A DNA stretch of 64,000 nucleotides from Alphaproteobacteria bacterium. GTDB lineage: Bacteria > Pseudomonadota > Alphaproteobacteria > GCA-2746255. Below, one piece after another: positions 9,354 to 19,275 of this stretch (position 1 is its first letter; each line of letters begins with the position of its first letter). The DNA lies in contig OZ252220.1 in NCBI GenBank assembly GCA_965249135.1, positions 1,824,001 to 1,888,000 on the forward strand, read 5' to 3'. Position numbers and translations under genes: made by a program. The notes beneath the pieces are model-generated. The model saw nothing but the letters and a program-made list of their open reading frames with translations. It was not told where the DNA came from and searched no databases.

Positions 9354-10301
9354 ATGTTGAAAATCAGCGTGATCATTCCCAGCTACAATCGCGCGGCGTT
9401 GCTAGGTCGCGCGGTAGAAAGCGTGCGGGCACAGAATTTCGAGAACTTGGAGATCCTGATCGTCGACGATGGCTCGAAGGACGATACGCTAGATATCGTC
9501 GCTAATTTACAGTGGGACGAGCCTAGAATCAGGCTGGTGCAACATCCGCAGAACCGTGGAGAGGCGGCGGCGCGTAACACCGGATTGCGCGAAGCCCGCG
9601 GGCGTCTCGTTGCCTTTCTCGATTCCGATGATGAATGGCTTGAAGGAAAGCTTCATCGCCAATATGCCGCACTGGAAGCAGCTGGTGGCGATGTGGCTGC
9701 GGTCGTGACCGGCTATATCGTCGTCGCTCCAGATGGTGCGCGGACTTATAATGATGCTTGGCATTTTCATAACGAAATCACGGTACGCAACCTGCTGGTC
9801 AGGGGCTGCGCAATTGGTCTGGGCGGGTGCATCCTGATGCGCCGCGAGGCAGCCCTGGCGGCGGGACCATTCGACGAATCCTTACGTCTGTACGTCGATG
9901 TAGATTGGCTCTGCCGGTTTCTCGACAGGTACCGCATGATTTCCATCAACGAACCCTATACGACCTATTACAAGGCGGCGCTCCGCGACGGCGCCTTTGT
10001 CGGGGCTGTGGCAAAGGCATTTCTAGAAAAGAACGCAGCGCTGATCGAACGCTTCCCACGGTCCGACCGCCGGCTGATTCTTGGCCAATTACACGAAAAT
10101 GTGGCTGTGAGCCACAAAGCGAACGGAAATCGTGCCGGCTTCCTGCGTGCATCCATGAAATCGCTGATTGCGAACCCAAAACGCCAACCTGGCGTTTATG
10201 TTGAGTTCCTTGAGAGCGCCTTGGGCCTCAATCTGCGGCAGCCTCTGTTGCAAATGCTAGGGCGAAGATCGGATCGAAACAACAAGGAGCAGATACCATG
10301 A
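9354..10301 (+). CDS. Glycosyltransferase family 2
   Basis: ISVIIPSYNRA, IVDDGSKD, AARNTG, AFLDSDD. Confidence 0.9.
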   Translation: MLKISVIIPSYNRAALLGRAVESVRAQNFENLEILIVDDGSKDDTLDIVANLQWDEPRIRLVQHPQNRGEAAARNTGLREARGRLVAFLDSDDEWLEGKLHRQYAALEAAGGDVAAVVTGYIVVAPDGARTYNDAWHFHNEITVRNLLVRGCAIGLGGCILMRREAALAAGPFDESLRLYVDVDWLCRFLDRYRMISINEPYTTYYKAALRDGAFVGAVAKAFLEKNAALIERFPRSDRRLILGQLHENVAVSHKANGNRAGFLRASMKSLIANPKRQPGVYVEFLESALGLNLRQPLLQMLGRRSDRNNKEQIP

Positions 10302-11239
10302 TTGGTAGTCTCAGCGTATCAAGCAAGGCGCTTCTCGCCTTTGCCAAGGAGCAGGGAATCGAACCGATCGGAACGCCGCCCGTGGAAGTATTCGATGCCG
10401 TAGAGCCGATTGACGCCGCCGGTTCGACACACGTTACGTTCTGCCGCTTTGACGACGACCGAGGCCGGCGCTGGCTTGAGACGACTCGCGCCGGCGCGGT
10501 ATTCATTCTTCCGCATCTCGCCGCTGAGGCACGCGAACGCCGCGAAGCCTTATACCTGCCCTGCGCGGTGCCTCGGTTCGGGTTGCTTCGTTTCATTGAA
10601 CGTTTCTGGCAAGAGCCACTTTGGCATCCGCCTAGTGGCCGCAACCCCGATATTCACGAATCCGCACGGCTTGACGACAATGTGCGAATAGGACCGTTTA
10701 CCACTATAGGCCCGGATGTCGAGATCGGCACCGAAACCGTGATTGGAGCCGGCGTACATATCACGCACAGTTCGATTGGCCGCGACTGTCTGATTGGCAG
10801 CAACAGCGTCGTCGGCGGACCTGGCTTTGGTTACGAAGACGACGATCAGACCAAAGAGGTGATTGAATTTCCGCAGATTGGCCGTGTCCGGATTGGCGAT
10901 CGGGTCAGACTGGGCGCGAATAATACCGTCGATCAAGCGGCGTTGGGCGAGACGGTGATCGAGGACGATTGCAAGTTCGACGACGGCGTTCACATCGGAC
11001 ACAACGCCAAAGTCGGCAAACGCTGCAAGATTACGGCCCATGCCATGCTTGCGGGCAGCGTGGTAATCGGCTCCGGTACCTGGGTCGGGCCTTCGGCGGC
11101 CATTCGGGACTGGCGGACAGTCGGTGAAGATGCTCTGATCGGTATTGGGGCGGTCGTTACGAAGGATGTGCCCGATGGCGCCACCGTCGTCGGCAACCCT
11201 GCCCACCCGATCGAACGAACAACTCACCGTTACCGTTGA
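10298..11239 (+). CDS. LpxD-like hexapeptide-repeat N-acyltransferase
   Basis: Left-handed beta-helix repeats, GGPGFGY, FPQIGRVRIGDRV, TVIEDDCKFDDGVHIGHN, VVTKDVP...VVGNPA. Confidence 0.8.
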   Translation: MIGSLSVSSKALLAFAKEQGIEPIGTPPVEVFDAVEPIDAAGSTHVTFCRFDDDRGRRWLETTRAGAVFILPHLAAEARERREALYLPCAVPRFGLLRFIERFWQEPLWHPPSGRNPDIHESARLDDNVRIGPFTTIGPDVEIGTETVIGAGVHITHSSIGRDCLIGSNSVVGGPGFGYEDDDQTKEVIEFPQIGRVRIGDRVRLGANNTVDQAALGETVIEDDCKFDDGVHIGHNAKVGKRCKITAHAMLAGSVVIGSGTWVGPSAAIRDWRTVGEDALIGIGAVVTKDVPDGATVVGNPAHPIERTTHRYR

Positions 11240-11243
11240 GGCG

Positions 11244-11945
11244 ATGGACTCTGTGACCACAAATGTAACCGTGATTGCCGCACATCCGGATGATGAAGTG
11301 CTTGGGATGGGAGGGACCCTGGCTCGCCACCGCGCCATGGGCGACCGGGTCTACATTTTCTTTCTGTCGGACGGCATCACCGGACGCGATATTGTCTATG
11401 ATCCTGTGAAGCGCGCCGATGAGATCGAGGCTCGGCGCAAGGCGGCGGAAGCATGTGCCGAACTTATAGGACTAGAATCCATCGAATTCGAGGGCTATCC
11501 AAATCTTCGTATGGACCGCGAGTCGCTGCTTGATGTGACGCAACGGATAGAGAAGCGCCTTGAGCAGTGGGATGCGGAGATCGTCTATACGCATCATTCC
11601 AGCGATATGAATATCGATCATCGCGTAGCCTTCGACGCAACCTTGGTCGCGTGCCGGCCCATACCGGGACGAAGCATCAGGTCCATCCGCTGCTTCGAGG
11701 TCGGCTCGAGTACTGACTATTCGGTGCCATCTCTCGGCCACCCCTTCGAACCCAATCTCTTCATCGAAATCAGCGACTATCTGGATATCCGCCGGCAGAT
11801 GATCGAACGCTATGATATTGAAATGCGTGCTGCGCCGTTTCCCCGGTCGCAGGAGGTTCTCGATGCGCGCGCGACGGTGCGGGGTTCCCAAGTGGGGCTC
11901 GCGGCCGCAGAGGCCTTCATGGAAATTCGCCGCATCATCCGCTGA
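11244..11945 (+). CDS. PIG-L/LmbE-family N-acetyl-sugar deacetylase
   Basis: AAHPDDEVLG metal motif, YTHHSSDMNIDH, RG...G...AEAF. Start placed at ATG 11244. Confidence 0.85.
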   Translation: MDSVTTNVTVIAAHPDDEVLGMGGTLARHRAMGDRVYIFFLSDGITGRDIVYDPVKRADEIEARRKAAEACAELIGLESIEFEGYPNLRMDRESLLDVTQRIEKRLEQWDAEIVYTHHSSDMNIDHRVAFDATLVACRPIPGRSIRSIRCFEVGSSTDYSVPSLGHPFEPNLFIEISDYLDIRRQMIERYDIEMRAAPFPRSQEVLDARATVRGSQVGLAAAEAFMEIRRIIR

Positions 11946-11947
11946 CG

Positions 11948-13276
11948 TTGCCACGACGTCGCCGCATTACATTGGAATCACCCACCACATCGACGGGATA
12001 CGACCAGCGCCAGCATTTAGACGTGGCGACTGGACCTCGGATTCTGTTCATTATCGGCAATCTCCGTCATGGTGGTGCCGAGATTCATTTAAGTATGATT
12101 TGTCCGCGTTTGCGGGAACGTGGGTTTCGGCCGGAAATTTTTCTTCTTACCGGTGGTGGCGAATTGGTCGACGACGTCAAGAACGCCGGAATACCAGTGC
12201 ATGAGCCGCTTTACAAGCTTCCTCCAAAGGCAGGTATTCTGCGACGGGTGTTTCGCCTGGGCGTGGTAACACTTCAGCTGTGGGTATTTCTTCTACGGCG
12301 AAGGTTTGACGTCGTGCACTTCTTTCTTCCAGAAAATTACGTCGTCGGTGCGCCAGTCGCTCTTCTCAGCGGGCATCGCCGGCTCGTAATGAGCCGCCGG
12401 AGCTTGAATTGCTATCAATCTAGGTTTCCTCTACTCGCCCGAATCGAGCGGTTTCTTCATCGGTGCGGTATCGCGATCTTGGGAAACTCCCGACGCGTGG
12501 TCTCGCAGTTGCATGAGGAAGAGGGTGTGCCGGAGGAGCAGCTTGGATTGATCTATAACGGTATAGACTTGACTGCTTACGCTTCAGCGCCCTCGCGGCA
12601 GGCCGTTCGCAATAAGCTTGGGATAGCTGATGAAGCGCTGGTGATGTCGATGGTGGCGAACCTGATTCCTTATAAGGGGCACGCCGATCTGCTTGAAGCA
12701 TTGCGGCTGGTTAAAGATGATCTGCCGGCCGGGTGGCGGCTTCTCGTCGTCGGCCGTGATGATGGTATTGGCCCCCGGCTGAAGTTGTTAGCTGCGCAAA
12801 TGGGATTGGCGGAGAACATCCTGTTCCTCGGCACGCGCAACGATGTCGCGTCTCTCCTGACCACATCGGATATTGGGATTCTGCCCTCGCATGAAGAAGG
12901 TTTTTCGAATGTGCTGGTTGAGGGCATGGCCGCGGGCTTGCCGATGATTGCGACGGATGTCGGCGGTAATGTTGAAGCCGTTGTAGATGACGTTACCGGG
13001 CTCATTGTTCCGCCAAAGGATCCTGCCTTACTCTCGGTGGCGATCATTCGTTTTGCAATGAATGCGGCCGAGCGTGCATCGATGGGAAACGCCGCCCGGC
13101 GCCGAGTACAGGAACTTTTTTCCATCGAGCGATGCGTAGACAACTATGAGCGCTTCTATCGCGCCTTCCTACGCGGTGCCAAGGTGGGAGAAATTCCCGG
13201 GATTCGCGCCAGCGATTTTGGTGGTTGCACTGAAAGCCGAGCGCCGTTGATGATGCATGCTGAAACCAGGAACTGA
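11948..13276 (+). CDS. Glycosyltransferase family 4 (GT-B)
   Basis: GGAE, IYNGID, KGH..LLEA, PSHEEGFSNVLVEGMAAGLPMIATDVGG (EX7E). Start may be GTG 12023. Confidence 0.9.
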   Translation: MPRRRRITLESPTTSTGYDQRQHLDVATGPRILFIIGNLRHGGAEIHLSMICPRLRERGFRPEIFLLTGGGELVDDVKNAGIPVHEPLYKLPPKAGILRRVFRLGVVTLQLWVFLLRRRFDVVHFFLPENYVVGAPVALLSGHRRLVMSRRSLNCYQSRFPLLARIERFLHRCGIAILGNSRRVVSQLHEEEGVPEEQLGLIYNGIDLTAYASAPSRQAVRNKLGIADEALVMSMVANLIPYKGHADLLEALRLVKDDLPAGWRLLVVGRDDGIGPRLKLLAAQMGLAENILFLGTRNDVASLLTTSDIGILPSHEEGFSNVLVEGMAAGLPMIATDVGGNVEAVVDDVTGLIVPPKDPALLSVAIIRFAMNAAERASMGNAARRRVQELFSIERCVDNYERFYRAFLRGAKVGEIPGIRASDFGGCTESRAPLMMHAETRN

Positions 13277-13310
13277 TGAGGGGCGGTATCTGTCCAGGAA
13301 TGTCGCGAAG

Positions 13311-13335
13311 AGAAAACAATAAAATCAGTTAGTTA
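13311..13335 (+). promoter_or_regulatory. Putative IHF binding site in the AT-rich spacer at the cluster boundary
   Basis: AATCAG-TTAG-TTA at 13323-13335 matches WATCARNNNNTTR exactly, preceded by an A-rich tract. Confidence 0.4.
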
Positions 13336-13397
13336 ACGCATATTAAAGCATCCGAATTCCGGCTCGATGACCGGCACGACGTCTGACGAGGCCCCGG

Positions 13398-14252
13398 CTA
13401 GTCCGGCACGCCTTTGCTTCTGAGCTGTTCCTCGAGCCGCTCGATCTGGGTTTGAAGCGGAGCGAGCAGCAAGTGGTCCGCCGGCAGGTCTTTGGCAAGT
13501 TCTTGCCAGCGCTTCAACGCCGCTTCGTAGTCTTCTTCTTGGACGTCGGCGAGCCCGAGATAGTAGCGGGCGGAGAGGTCCTTCGGGTCGTAATCGAGGA
13601 CGGAAGCAAAAGCGCGCCTTGCTTCCTTCGTTACCTCGCCGTTTTCGGCCAGCACCAGGTTTTCGGCGTAGACCGCAAGGAGATCCGGCCGGTCCGTTCC
13701 CGCAAGGCCGACGGCATGGGCGGAAGCCTCGGACGCCTCCCGATAGCGGCCGAGAAAGCGGTAGGCTTCGGCCAAACGGATCCAGTCCTCCAATTCGTCC
13801 GGATTGTCCCGGAGTTTCTTCTCCTGTTTTTCCACAAACTTTGCCACCTCGCCGGTCGGGTCCGCCGTCGCACTTGCCGTGTCAAAGGGCCGGCTCTGGA
13901 GAAGGGGTGAGCCCTGAAACGCGTAGACGATGACGGCGCCGATGGTAAGGGTAAGCACAATCATGCCGGCCGTACGCAAGGGATCGAAATAGAACTCGGC
14001 TTTCGTCGTCGCTTCCTCCGCCTGAATCAACCGGTGTCCGATTTCGGTACGCACCGCTTCCGCTTCTTCCTCCGAAACCACGCCTGTGGCCCGATCGCGC
14101 TCAAGCTCCTTTAGCTGGTCGCGATAAATGGCTAGATCGCCCGTATTTTCGAAGAGCGATTCGATCTTCTTGCGGTGGCGGATGAAGGGGCGCACCAGAA
14201 GCACCAGCGCAATGCCGGTAAAAACGATGGCGAGTAGCCAGAAATAGCTCAT
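13398..14252 (-). CDS. ccmI: Cytochrome c biogenesis protein CcmI/CycH
   Basis: N-terminal TM, IYRDQLKELERD...G, second TM, TPR-like C-terminus. Last gene of the ccm operon. Confidence 0.85.
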   Translation of the reverse strand: MSYFWLLAIVFTGIALVLLVRPFIRHRKKIESLFENTGDLAIYRDQLKELERDRATGVVSEEEAEAVRTEIGHRLIQAEEATTKAEFYFDPLRTAGMIVLTLTIGAVIVYAFQGSPLLQSRPFDTASATADPTGEVAKFVEKQEKKLRDNPDELEDWIRLAEAYRFLGRYREASEASAHAVGLAGTDRPDLLAVYAENLVLAENGEVTKEARRAFASVLDYDPKDLSARYYLGLADVQEEDYEAALKRWQELAKDLPADHLLLAPLQTQIERLEEQLRSKGVPD

Positions 14253-14707
14253 CGGTGACGGTCCAGGAGGCCTTGAATGCGACGCTCTTCATCGGGTGAG
14301 AGGGTGCGGGGCTCAAGGGCGGCGCGTCGGCGTCTGCGCAGGTAAAAAGTTGCGACAAGGATGGTGATTCCGAGAATGGCAAACGGACCCAGCCACAACG
14401 GATAGGTGGCCGGTTTCAAGGGGGGCTTCAAGAGCACGTAATCCCCATAGCGCTCGACGACGAAGGCAATCACCGCTTCGTCCGAATCCCCGGCTTCGAG
14501 GCGTTCGCGGATCAGCAGACGAAGATCGCGGGCAAGATCGGCATCCGAATCGTCGATGGATTGGTTTTGGCAGACCAGGCAGCGAAGTTCCTTTCCGATC
14601 TCTCGTGCACGCGCCTCGAGCATGGGATCGTCCAGGATTTCGTCCGGCTCGACGGCAAGGGCCGGCGTTGCGGCGAAAAGCAAAAGCGCGATGAAGACTC
14701 CCCTCAT
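14249..14707 (-). CDS. ccmH: Cytochrome c biogenesis protein CcmH/CycL
   Basis: LRCLVCQNQSIDDS motif, RYGDYVLLKPP. Confidence 0.95.
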   Translation of the reverse strand: MRGVFIALLLFAATPALAVEPDEILDDPMLEARAREIGKELRCLVCQNQSIDDSDADLARDLRLLIRERLEAGDSDEAVIAFVVERYGDYVLLKPPLKPATYPLWLGPFAILGITILVATFYLRRRRRAALEPRTLSPDEERRIQGLLDRHR

Positions 14708-15231
14708 TTTTCAAACCCTTCGATCAGAGACAGGAAATCTTCCTGCCAGTCGTCCGGCGTCAGGACTCCGACATGTTTCCACCGGATGCGGCCGTTCTGA
14801 TCCACCAGATAGGATTCGGGCACGCCGTAAACCCCCCAGTCGATGGCGACGCGGCCCGAACGGTCGGCACCGATCCGATCATAAGGGTTGCCTCTCTCCG
14901 CCAACCAACGCCTGGCGTCCTCGGGCTTGTCTTTGTAGTTGATGCCGACGACGCGAACGCGTCCCTCCTTTTGCAGTTTAACAAGCAAGGGATGTTCGAC
15001 TTTGCATGGAAGGCACCAGGAAGCAAAGAAGTTGACGAGCGTAAGCGTACCCACCAAGTTGGCCGTCTTGAGCCCTTCTTCGTTGGCTTCGAGAGAAGGA
15101 AGGTTGAATTCCGGCGCCAGCCGGTTGACCAGCGGCGAAGGCACGAGAGAAGGGTCATGGCCAAGACCCGTGAAGAAGAAAGCAAGGAGGCCGGCGAAAA
15201 GGAGAAACGGAAGTAGGAATTTAAAGCGCAT
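14704..15231 (-). CDS. ccmG: Thiol:disulfide interchange protein CcmG/DsbE
   Basis: NFFASWCLPC, GINYKD, GVYGVPE. Confidence 0.95.
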   Translation of the reverse strand: MRFKFLLPFLLFAGLLAFFFTGLGHDPSLVPSPLVNRLAPEFNLPSLEANEEGLKTANLVGTLTLVNFFASWCLPCKVEHPLLVKLQKEGRVRVVGINYKDKPEDARRWLAERGNPYDRIGADRSGRVAIDWGVYGVPESYLVDQNGRIRWKHVGVLTPDDWQEDFLSLIEGFEK

Positions 15232-15232
15232 G

Positions 15233-17215
15233 TCATCCTTTCTCCGCTTCTAGCATGGTCTTTATTTTTGGGCCGTCTTTCACGCGGTAGCGGCGGTCGG
15301 CGAGCGAAAGGCCACCCCCAAGGGCGGCGAGGATTGCGCCGATCCAGATCCAGGGAACGAGGGGGTTGTGGTAAAGCCGGACCGCCCAAGGGCCTTCGCC
15401 ATCCGGCCGTTCGCCGAGAACGGCATAGAGATCCGCAAGCCAAGTCGTGTGAATCGCCGCCTCCGTCGTCCAGCGCCCTTCGACCGGGTAGTAACGCCGT
15501 TCCGGCGTGAGGCTTACGATTGCCTTGCCTTCGCGCGTGACACGGAAGGTGCCACGATCGGAAAGATAGTTGGGTCCCGAAAGGCGTTCTGCGCCCTCGA
15601 AGCGGACCTGGTAGCCAGCGATCGATACCTCATCGCCGGCTTGCATCGCGCGAATTTCCTCCGTCCGCCAAAGCGTCGAGGCGGTAATCCCGGCCAGCAG
15701 CACGGCGATGCCCATATGGGCGACGAACATGCCAAAGAAACTCAGCGGCAAGGCATGAAGGCGCGCCAAGCTTCCCGAAGGGCCGCTACGAAAAAGTTTC
15801 ACGCGTTCCGCCAGTAGAACCAGATTGCTGGAAAAGAGCCAGGCGGCGAGCCCGACGCCAAGCAGTGCCAGGAGAGATTTCCCTGAATAGAGGGCAGCGG
15901 TAGTGCCGGCCACGACGAAGGCTGCGAGCGCAGCAGCCCATAGGCGTCTAAGAACGGCGACGATATCCGCCCGCTTCCATGGGAGATAAGGCCCGATCCC
16001 CATGGCGAACACAAGCGGCAGGAATAACGGTAGAACGGTCGCATTAAAAAACGGCGGGCCGACGGAGACCTTCTCATCGCTCACTGCCTCCAGGATCAGG
16101 GGGTAGAGCGTGCCGAGAAACACACTAGCCGCCGCCGTCACGAGGAGCAGGTTGTTCAGCAGAAGTCCGCCTTCTCGCGACAAGGGCTCGAAATTGCCAA
16201 CGGGTTTTAGTTTCGGTGCGCGCATGGCGAAAAGGGCAAGGGAGCCTCCGATCGCAAGGGTGAGTAAGGCTAGAATGAAAATGCCCCGTGTCGGATCCGT
16301 GGCAAAGGCGTGGACGGAGACCAGAACGCCGGAACGCACAAGAAACGTTCCGATCAGGCTTAAGGAAAAAGCGAGGATGGCAAGCAATACGACCCAGCTT
16401 TTTAAGCTCTCGCGTTTCTCGACGACGCTTACGGAATGCAAAAGTGCCGTGCCGGCTAGCCACGGGAGAAGGGAGGCGTTTTCGACCGGGTCCCAGAACC
16501 AGAAACCACCCCAGCCGAGTTCGTAATAGGCCCACCAGCTACCCAGCGCGATGCCGATCGTGAGAAAGGCCCATGCGGTGAGGACCCAGGGGCGGACCCG
16601 TCGCGCCCAAGCCGAATCGATGCGGCCTTCAAGCAGACCGGCGATGGCGAAGGCGAAGGCAACGGAGAACCCGACATAGCCGAGATAGAGGAAGGGCGGG
16701 TGAAAGGCGAGGCCTGGGTCCTGAAGGAGCGGGTTCAGCCCCTGGCCATCCATCGGCGCCGGGTCGAGCCTGAGAAAGGGGTTCGACGTAAAAAGGATAA
16801 AAAACAGGAACCCCGTCGAAAGGCATCCCTGAACGCCAAGAACTCGGGCCCGCAGGGTGTGGGAGAGTTCCTTGCCGAATGCGACGAGCGCCTGGCCGAA
16901 GATGGCGAGAATAAGGACCCAAAGCAGCATCGAGCCCTCGTGATTTCCCCAAACGCCGGTAATTTTGTAGAGAAGCGGCTTTGCAGAATGGGAATATTTC
17001 GCAACGGTGAGTACGGAGAAGTCGGAAACGACAAACGCATGGATCAGTGCAAGGAATGCAATGGCAACGAATAAAAATTGAGTCGATGCGGCCGGTCCGG
17101 TCGCCAACATCCAATACGCATCCCTTCGTTTGGCTCCGAGAAGTCCGAGGATCGCCTGCACGCCTGCCGCGAAAAGGGCAAGCACCAGCGCGTAATGACC
17201 GAGCTCCGGTATCAT
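15233..17215 (-). CDS. ccmF: Heme lyase CcmF
   Basis: MIPELGH, WGNHEGS, HPPFLYLGY, WAYYELGWGGFWFWDPVENAS (WWD domain). Confidence 0.97.
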   Translation of the reverse strand: MIPELGHYALVLALFAAGVQAILGLLGAKRRDAYWMLATGPAASTQFLFVAIAFLALIHAFVVSDFSVLTVAKYSHSAKPLLYKITGVWGNHEGSMLLWVLILAIFGQALVAFGKELSHTLRARVLGVQGCLSTGFLFFILFTSNPFLRLDPAPMDGQGLNPLLQDPGLAFHPPFLYLGYVGFSVAFAFAIAGLLEGRIDSAWARRVRPWVLTAWAFLTIGIALGSWWAYYELGWGGFWFWDPVENASLLPWLAGTALLHSVSVVEKRESLKSWVVLLAILAFSLSLIGTFLVRSGVLVSVHAFATDPTRGIFILALLTLAIGGSLALFAMRAPKLKPVGNFEPLSREGGLLLNNLLLVTAAASVFLGTLYPLILEAVSDEKVSVGPPFFNATVLPLFLPLVFAMGIGPYLPWKRADIVAVLRRLWAAALAAFVVAGTTAALYSGKSLLALLGVGLAAWLFSSNLVLLAERVKLFRSGPSGSLARLHALPLSFFGMFVAHMGIAVLLAGITASTLWRTEEIRAMQAGDEVSIAGYQVRFEGAERLSGPNYLSDRGTFRVTREGKAIVSLTPERRYYPVEGRWTTEAAIHTTWLADLYAVLGERPDGEGPWAVRLYHNPLVPWIWIGAILAALGGGLSLADRRYRVKDGPKIKTMLEAEKG

Positions 17216-17658
17216 TCCGGCTTTCCTTCCTGCCAGCGACCGGCTCTCTTTAAGGCATCCGCCACTTCCGGAGGCATGTAGTTTTCATCGTGCTTGGCCA
17301 GCACACGGCTTGCTTCGAAAACGCCGTCTTCCCGCAAGCTTCCTTCCGCAACGATGCCCTGACCCTCCCGGAAGAGATCCGGCAACAGCCCGCGATAACG
17401 CACGGCGGTGCTATGTTCAAAATCCGTCACCCGAAAGGTCACCTCAAGGCCGGTTTTGCTTTTCTTCACGCTCCCTTCCTCGACGAGGCCGCCGATCCGG
17501 ATTCGTTCCTTCATTTGAACCGTTTTTGTCTGAAGATCCGAAGGCGAATAGAAAAAGACGAGGTTTTCTTCAAGAGCGGAGAGAATAAGCGTCGCCGCTA
17601 GACCTAAGGCAATCAATCCGGAAAGCACGAAAAAAAGGCGACGCCGCTTGCGGGTCAT
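17212..17658 (-). CDS. ccmE: Heme chaperone CcmE
   Basis: LPDLFREGQG, LAKHDENYMPPE heme-binding motif. Confidence 0.97.
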   Translation of the reverse strand: MTRKRRRLFFVLSGLIALGLAATLILSALEENLVFFYSPSDLQTKTVQMKERIRIGGLVEEGSVKKSKTGLEVTFRVTDFEHSTAVRYRGLLPDLFREGQGIVAEGSLREDGVFEASRVLAKHDENYMPPEVADALKRAGRWQEGKPE

Positions 17659-17834
17659 CCCTTGCGCTCGTCCGATCCGTTCGATTGAAGATCACGGAGA
17701 GTCCGCTCGTGCACGCGCAATTCACGAAGGCTCCATGCAAGAAGTCCAACTAGCACGACAAGTGCCACGGCGTAAGCCGGCCAGATGAACTCGCCATAGC
17801 CACCCATCATCAGGAGCTCTTTGATTTTGTCCAC
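17655..17834 (-). CDS. ccmD: Heme exporter protein CcmD (59 aa; absent from the ORF track)
   Basis: Manual translation from GTG: MDKIKELLMMGGYGEFIWPAYAVALVVLVGLLAWSLRELRVHERTLRDLQSNGSDERKG. MGGY..FIW.AY signature, lies between ccmC and ccmE, ATGA overlap with ccmE. Confidence 0.9.
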   Translation of the reverse strand: MDKIKELLMMGGYGEFIWPAYAVALVVLVGLLAWSLRELRVHERTLRDLQSNGSDERKG

Positions 17835-17855
17835 GTCGCCTCTGGGGGTTGGTGC

Positions 17856-18596
17856 TTACGCCTCTCCAATATGCGGGTCCGTGCCTGCTTGAACAAGGCG
17901 AAGGGTGCGGATTTTCCGCACCAAAAGCGCGCTTCGGACACGAATCAGGAGGAGGACGACGAAAAAGGCGGTGAAACCGACCGTCATCAGCAGAAGTGGG
18001 GTCAACATCGAAGCATGGATCGTCGGCCCGTCAAAGCGAACGACGCTCGCCGGCTGGTGGAGGGTGTGCCACCAGTCAACGGACCATTTAATGATTGGCA
18101 CGTTGACGAAGCCAATCAAAGCCAGCACGGCCGCCGCCTTCGCGCTACGGCTTGAGTCTTCGAAGGCATTCTGCAAGGCTATATAACCAAGGTAGAGAAA
18201 GAAAAGAATCAGGACCGATGTCAGACGTGCATCCCATACCCACCACGTTCCCCAGGTCGGTTTTCCCCAAAGCGATCCGGTCACAAGGGTGACTAGGGTA
18301 AAGCCTGCACCGATCGGAGCCGCCGCGCGCGCCAGCACATCGGCGAGCGGGACCTTCCAAACCAGGAAGAAGCCGCTTGCCACCGCGATTGTCGTATAGA
18401 TGGCAAGCGCCATCCAGGCGGATGGAACGTGGACGTACATGATGCGCACGCTTTCGCCTTGTTGGTAGTCGGGTGGGGCGAAGAAAAGACCCAGCACAAG
18501 ACCGGCACCCATGCTCACCACCGTGATTCCAGCCGCCCATGGCAGGATTTGCTTGGCAAGCTTTTGAAAACGATTCGGGTTGGCGAGTGCGAACAT
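17856..18596 (-). CDS. ccmC: Heme exporter protein CcmC
   Basis: RIMYVHVPSAW, WGKPTWGTWWVWDARLTS, WWHTLHQ. Confidence 0.97.
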   Translation of the reverse strand: MFALANPNRFQKLAKQILPWAAGITVVSMGAGLVLGLFFAPPDYQQGESVRIMYVHVPSAWMALAIYTTIAVASGFFLVWKVPLADVLARAAAPIGAGFTLVTLVTGSLWGKPTWGTWWVWDARLTSVLILFFLYLGYIALQNAFEDSSRSAKAAAVLALIGFVNVPIIKWSVDWWHTLHQPASVVRFDGPTIHASMLTPLLLMTVGFTAFFVVLLLIRVRSALLVRKIRTLRLVQAGTDPHIGEA

Positions 18597-18609
18597 CGGA
18601 TTTGGAATT

Positions 18610-19275
18610 CTATTCGAGCGCTTGACGTAAGGCCACCGCGCTTACCCATGGGGAAAGAGCCAGCGCAAGCACCAGAAAACCGCCTAGCACGGTAAGGCGC
18701 GGGGTCGGGTCCAGCCCCATCGCTGCGGCATCGATGGCAGCTACGCCGAAGATAAGAACCGGTACCAATAGCGGCAGCAACAGCAACGAGAGCAGGACGC
18801 CGCCGCGCTGTGAACCAAGAATTAAGGCCGCCCCAATCGCTCCTAAAAAACTCAGCACCGGCGTTCCAAGCAGCATCGCAAGCACCATCGCGCCGATCGC
18901 GGAGGAGGGAAGTTGCAACAGCAAAGCAAGGATCGGGGACGCCACTAGAAGCGGGAAGCCCGTCGTCAACCAATGGGCGACACATTTCGCAAGGACAATC
19001 ACTTCCATCGGCACCGGCGCCACCGCCAATAGCTCGAGGCTGCCGTCCTCGTAATCCACCTGAAAAAGGCGTTCGAGCGAAAGCATGGCGGCTAGCAAGG
19101 CCATCACCCAAATGACACCGGCGGCGATACGTGCCAGCACGCTTGCCTCCGGTCCGACACCAAATGGGAAGAGAAGGGCAGCAAGCAAAAAAAAGAACAC
19201 CGCCGCCGCACTCTCATTTGCCTGGCGGAGGCTGAGTGTCAGCTCACGCCGAAGAAGAAGCGAGAAAGCCTTCAC
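18610..19275 (-). CDS. ccmB: Heme exporter permease CcmB
   Basis: LFPFGVGPE, DYEDGSLELL, LLLPL.VPVLIFG. Confidence 0.95.
   Translation of the reverse strand: MKAFSLLLRRELTLSLRQANESAAAVFFFLLAALLFPFGVGPEASVLARIAAGVIWVMALLAAMLSLERLFQVDYEDGSLELLAVAPVPMEVIVLAKCVAHWLTTGFPLLVASPILALLLQLPSSAIGAMVLAMLLGTPVLSFLGAIGAALILGSQRGGVLLSLLLLPLLVPVLIFGVAAIDAAAMGLDPTPRLTVLGGFLVLALALSPWVSAVALRQALE

Noticed and set aside
13333-13346. TTAA-N6-TTAA as a CtrA box
   Set aside because: Spacing is 6 rather than 7, and it lies between convergent gene ends.
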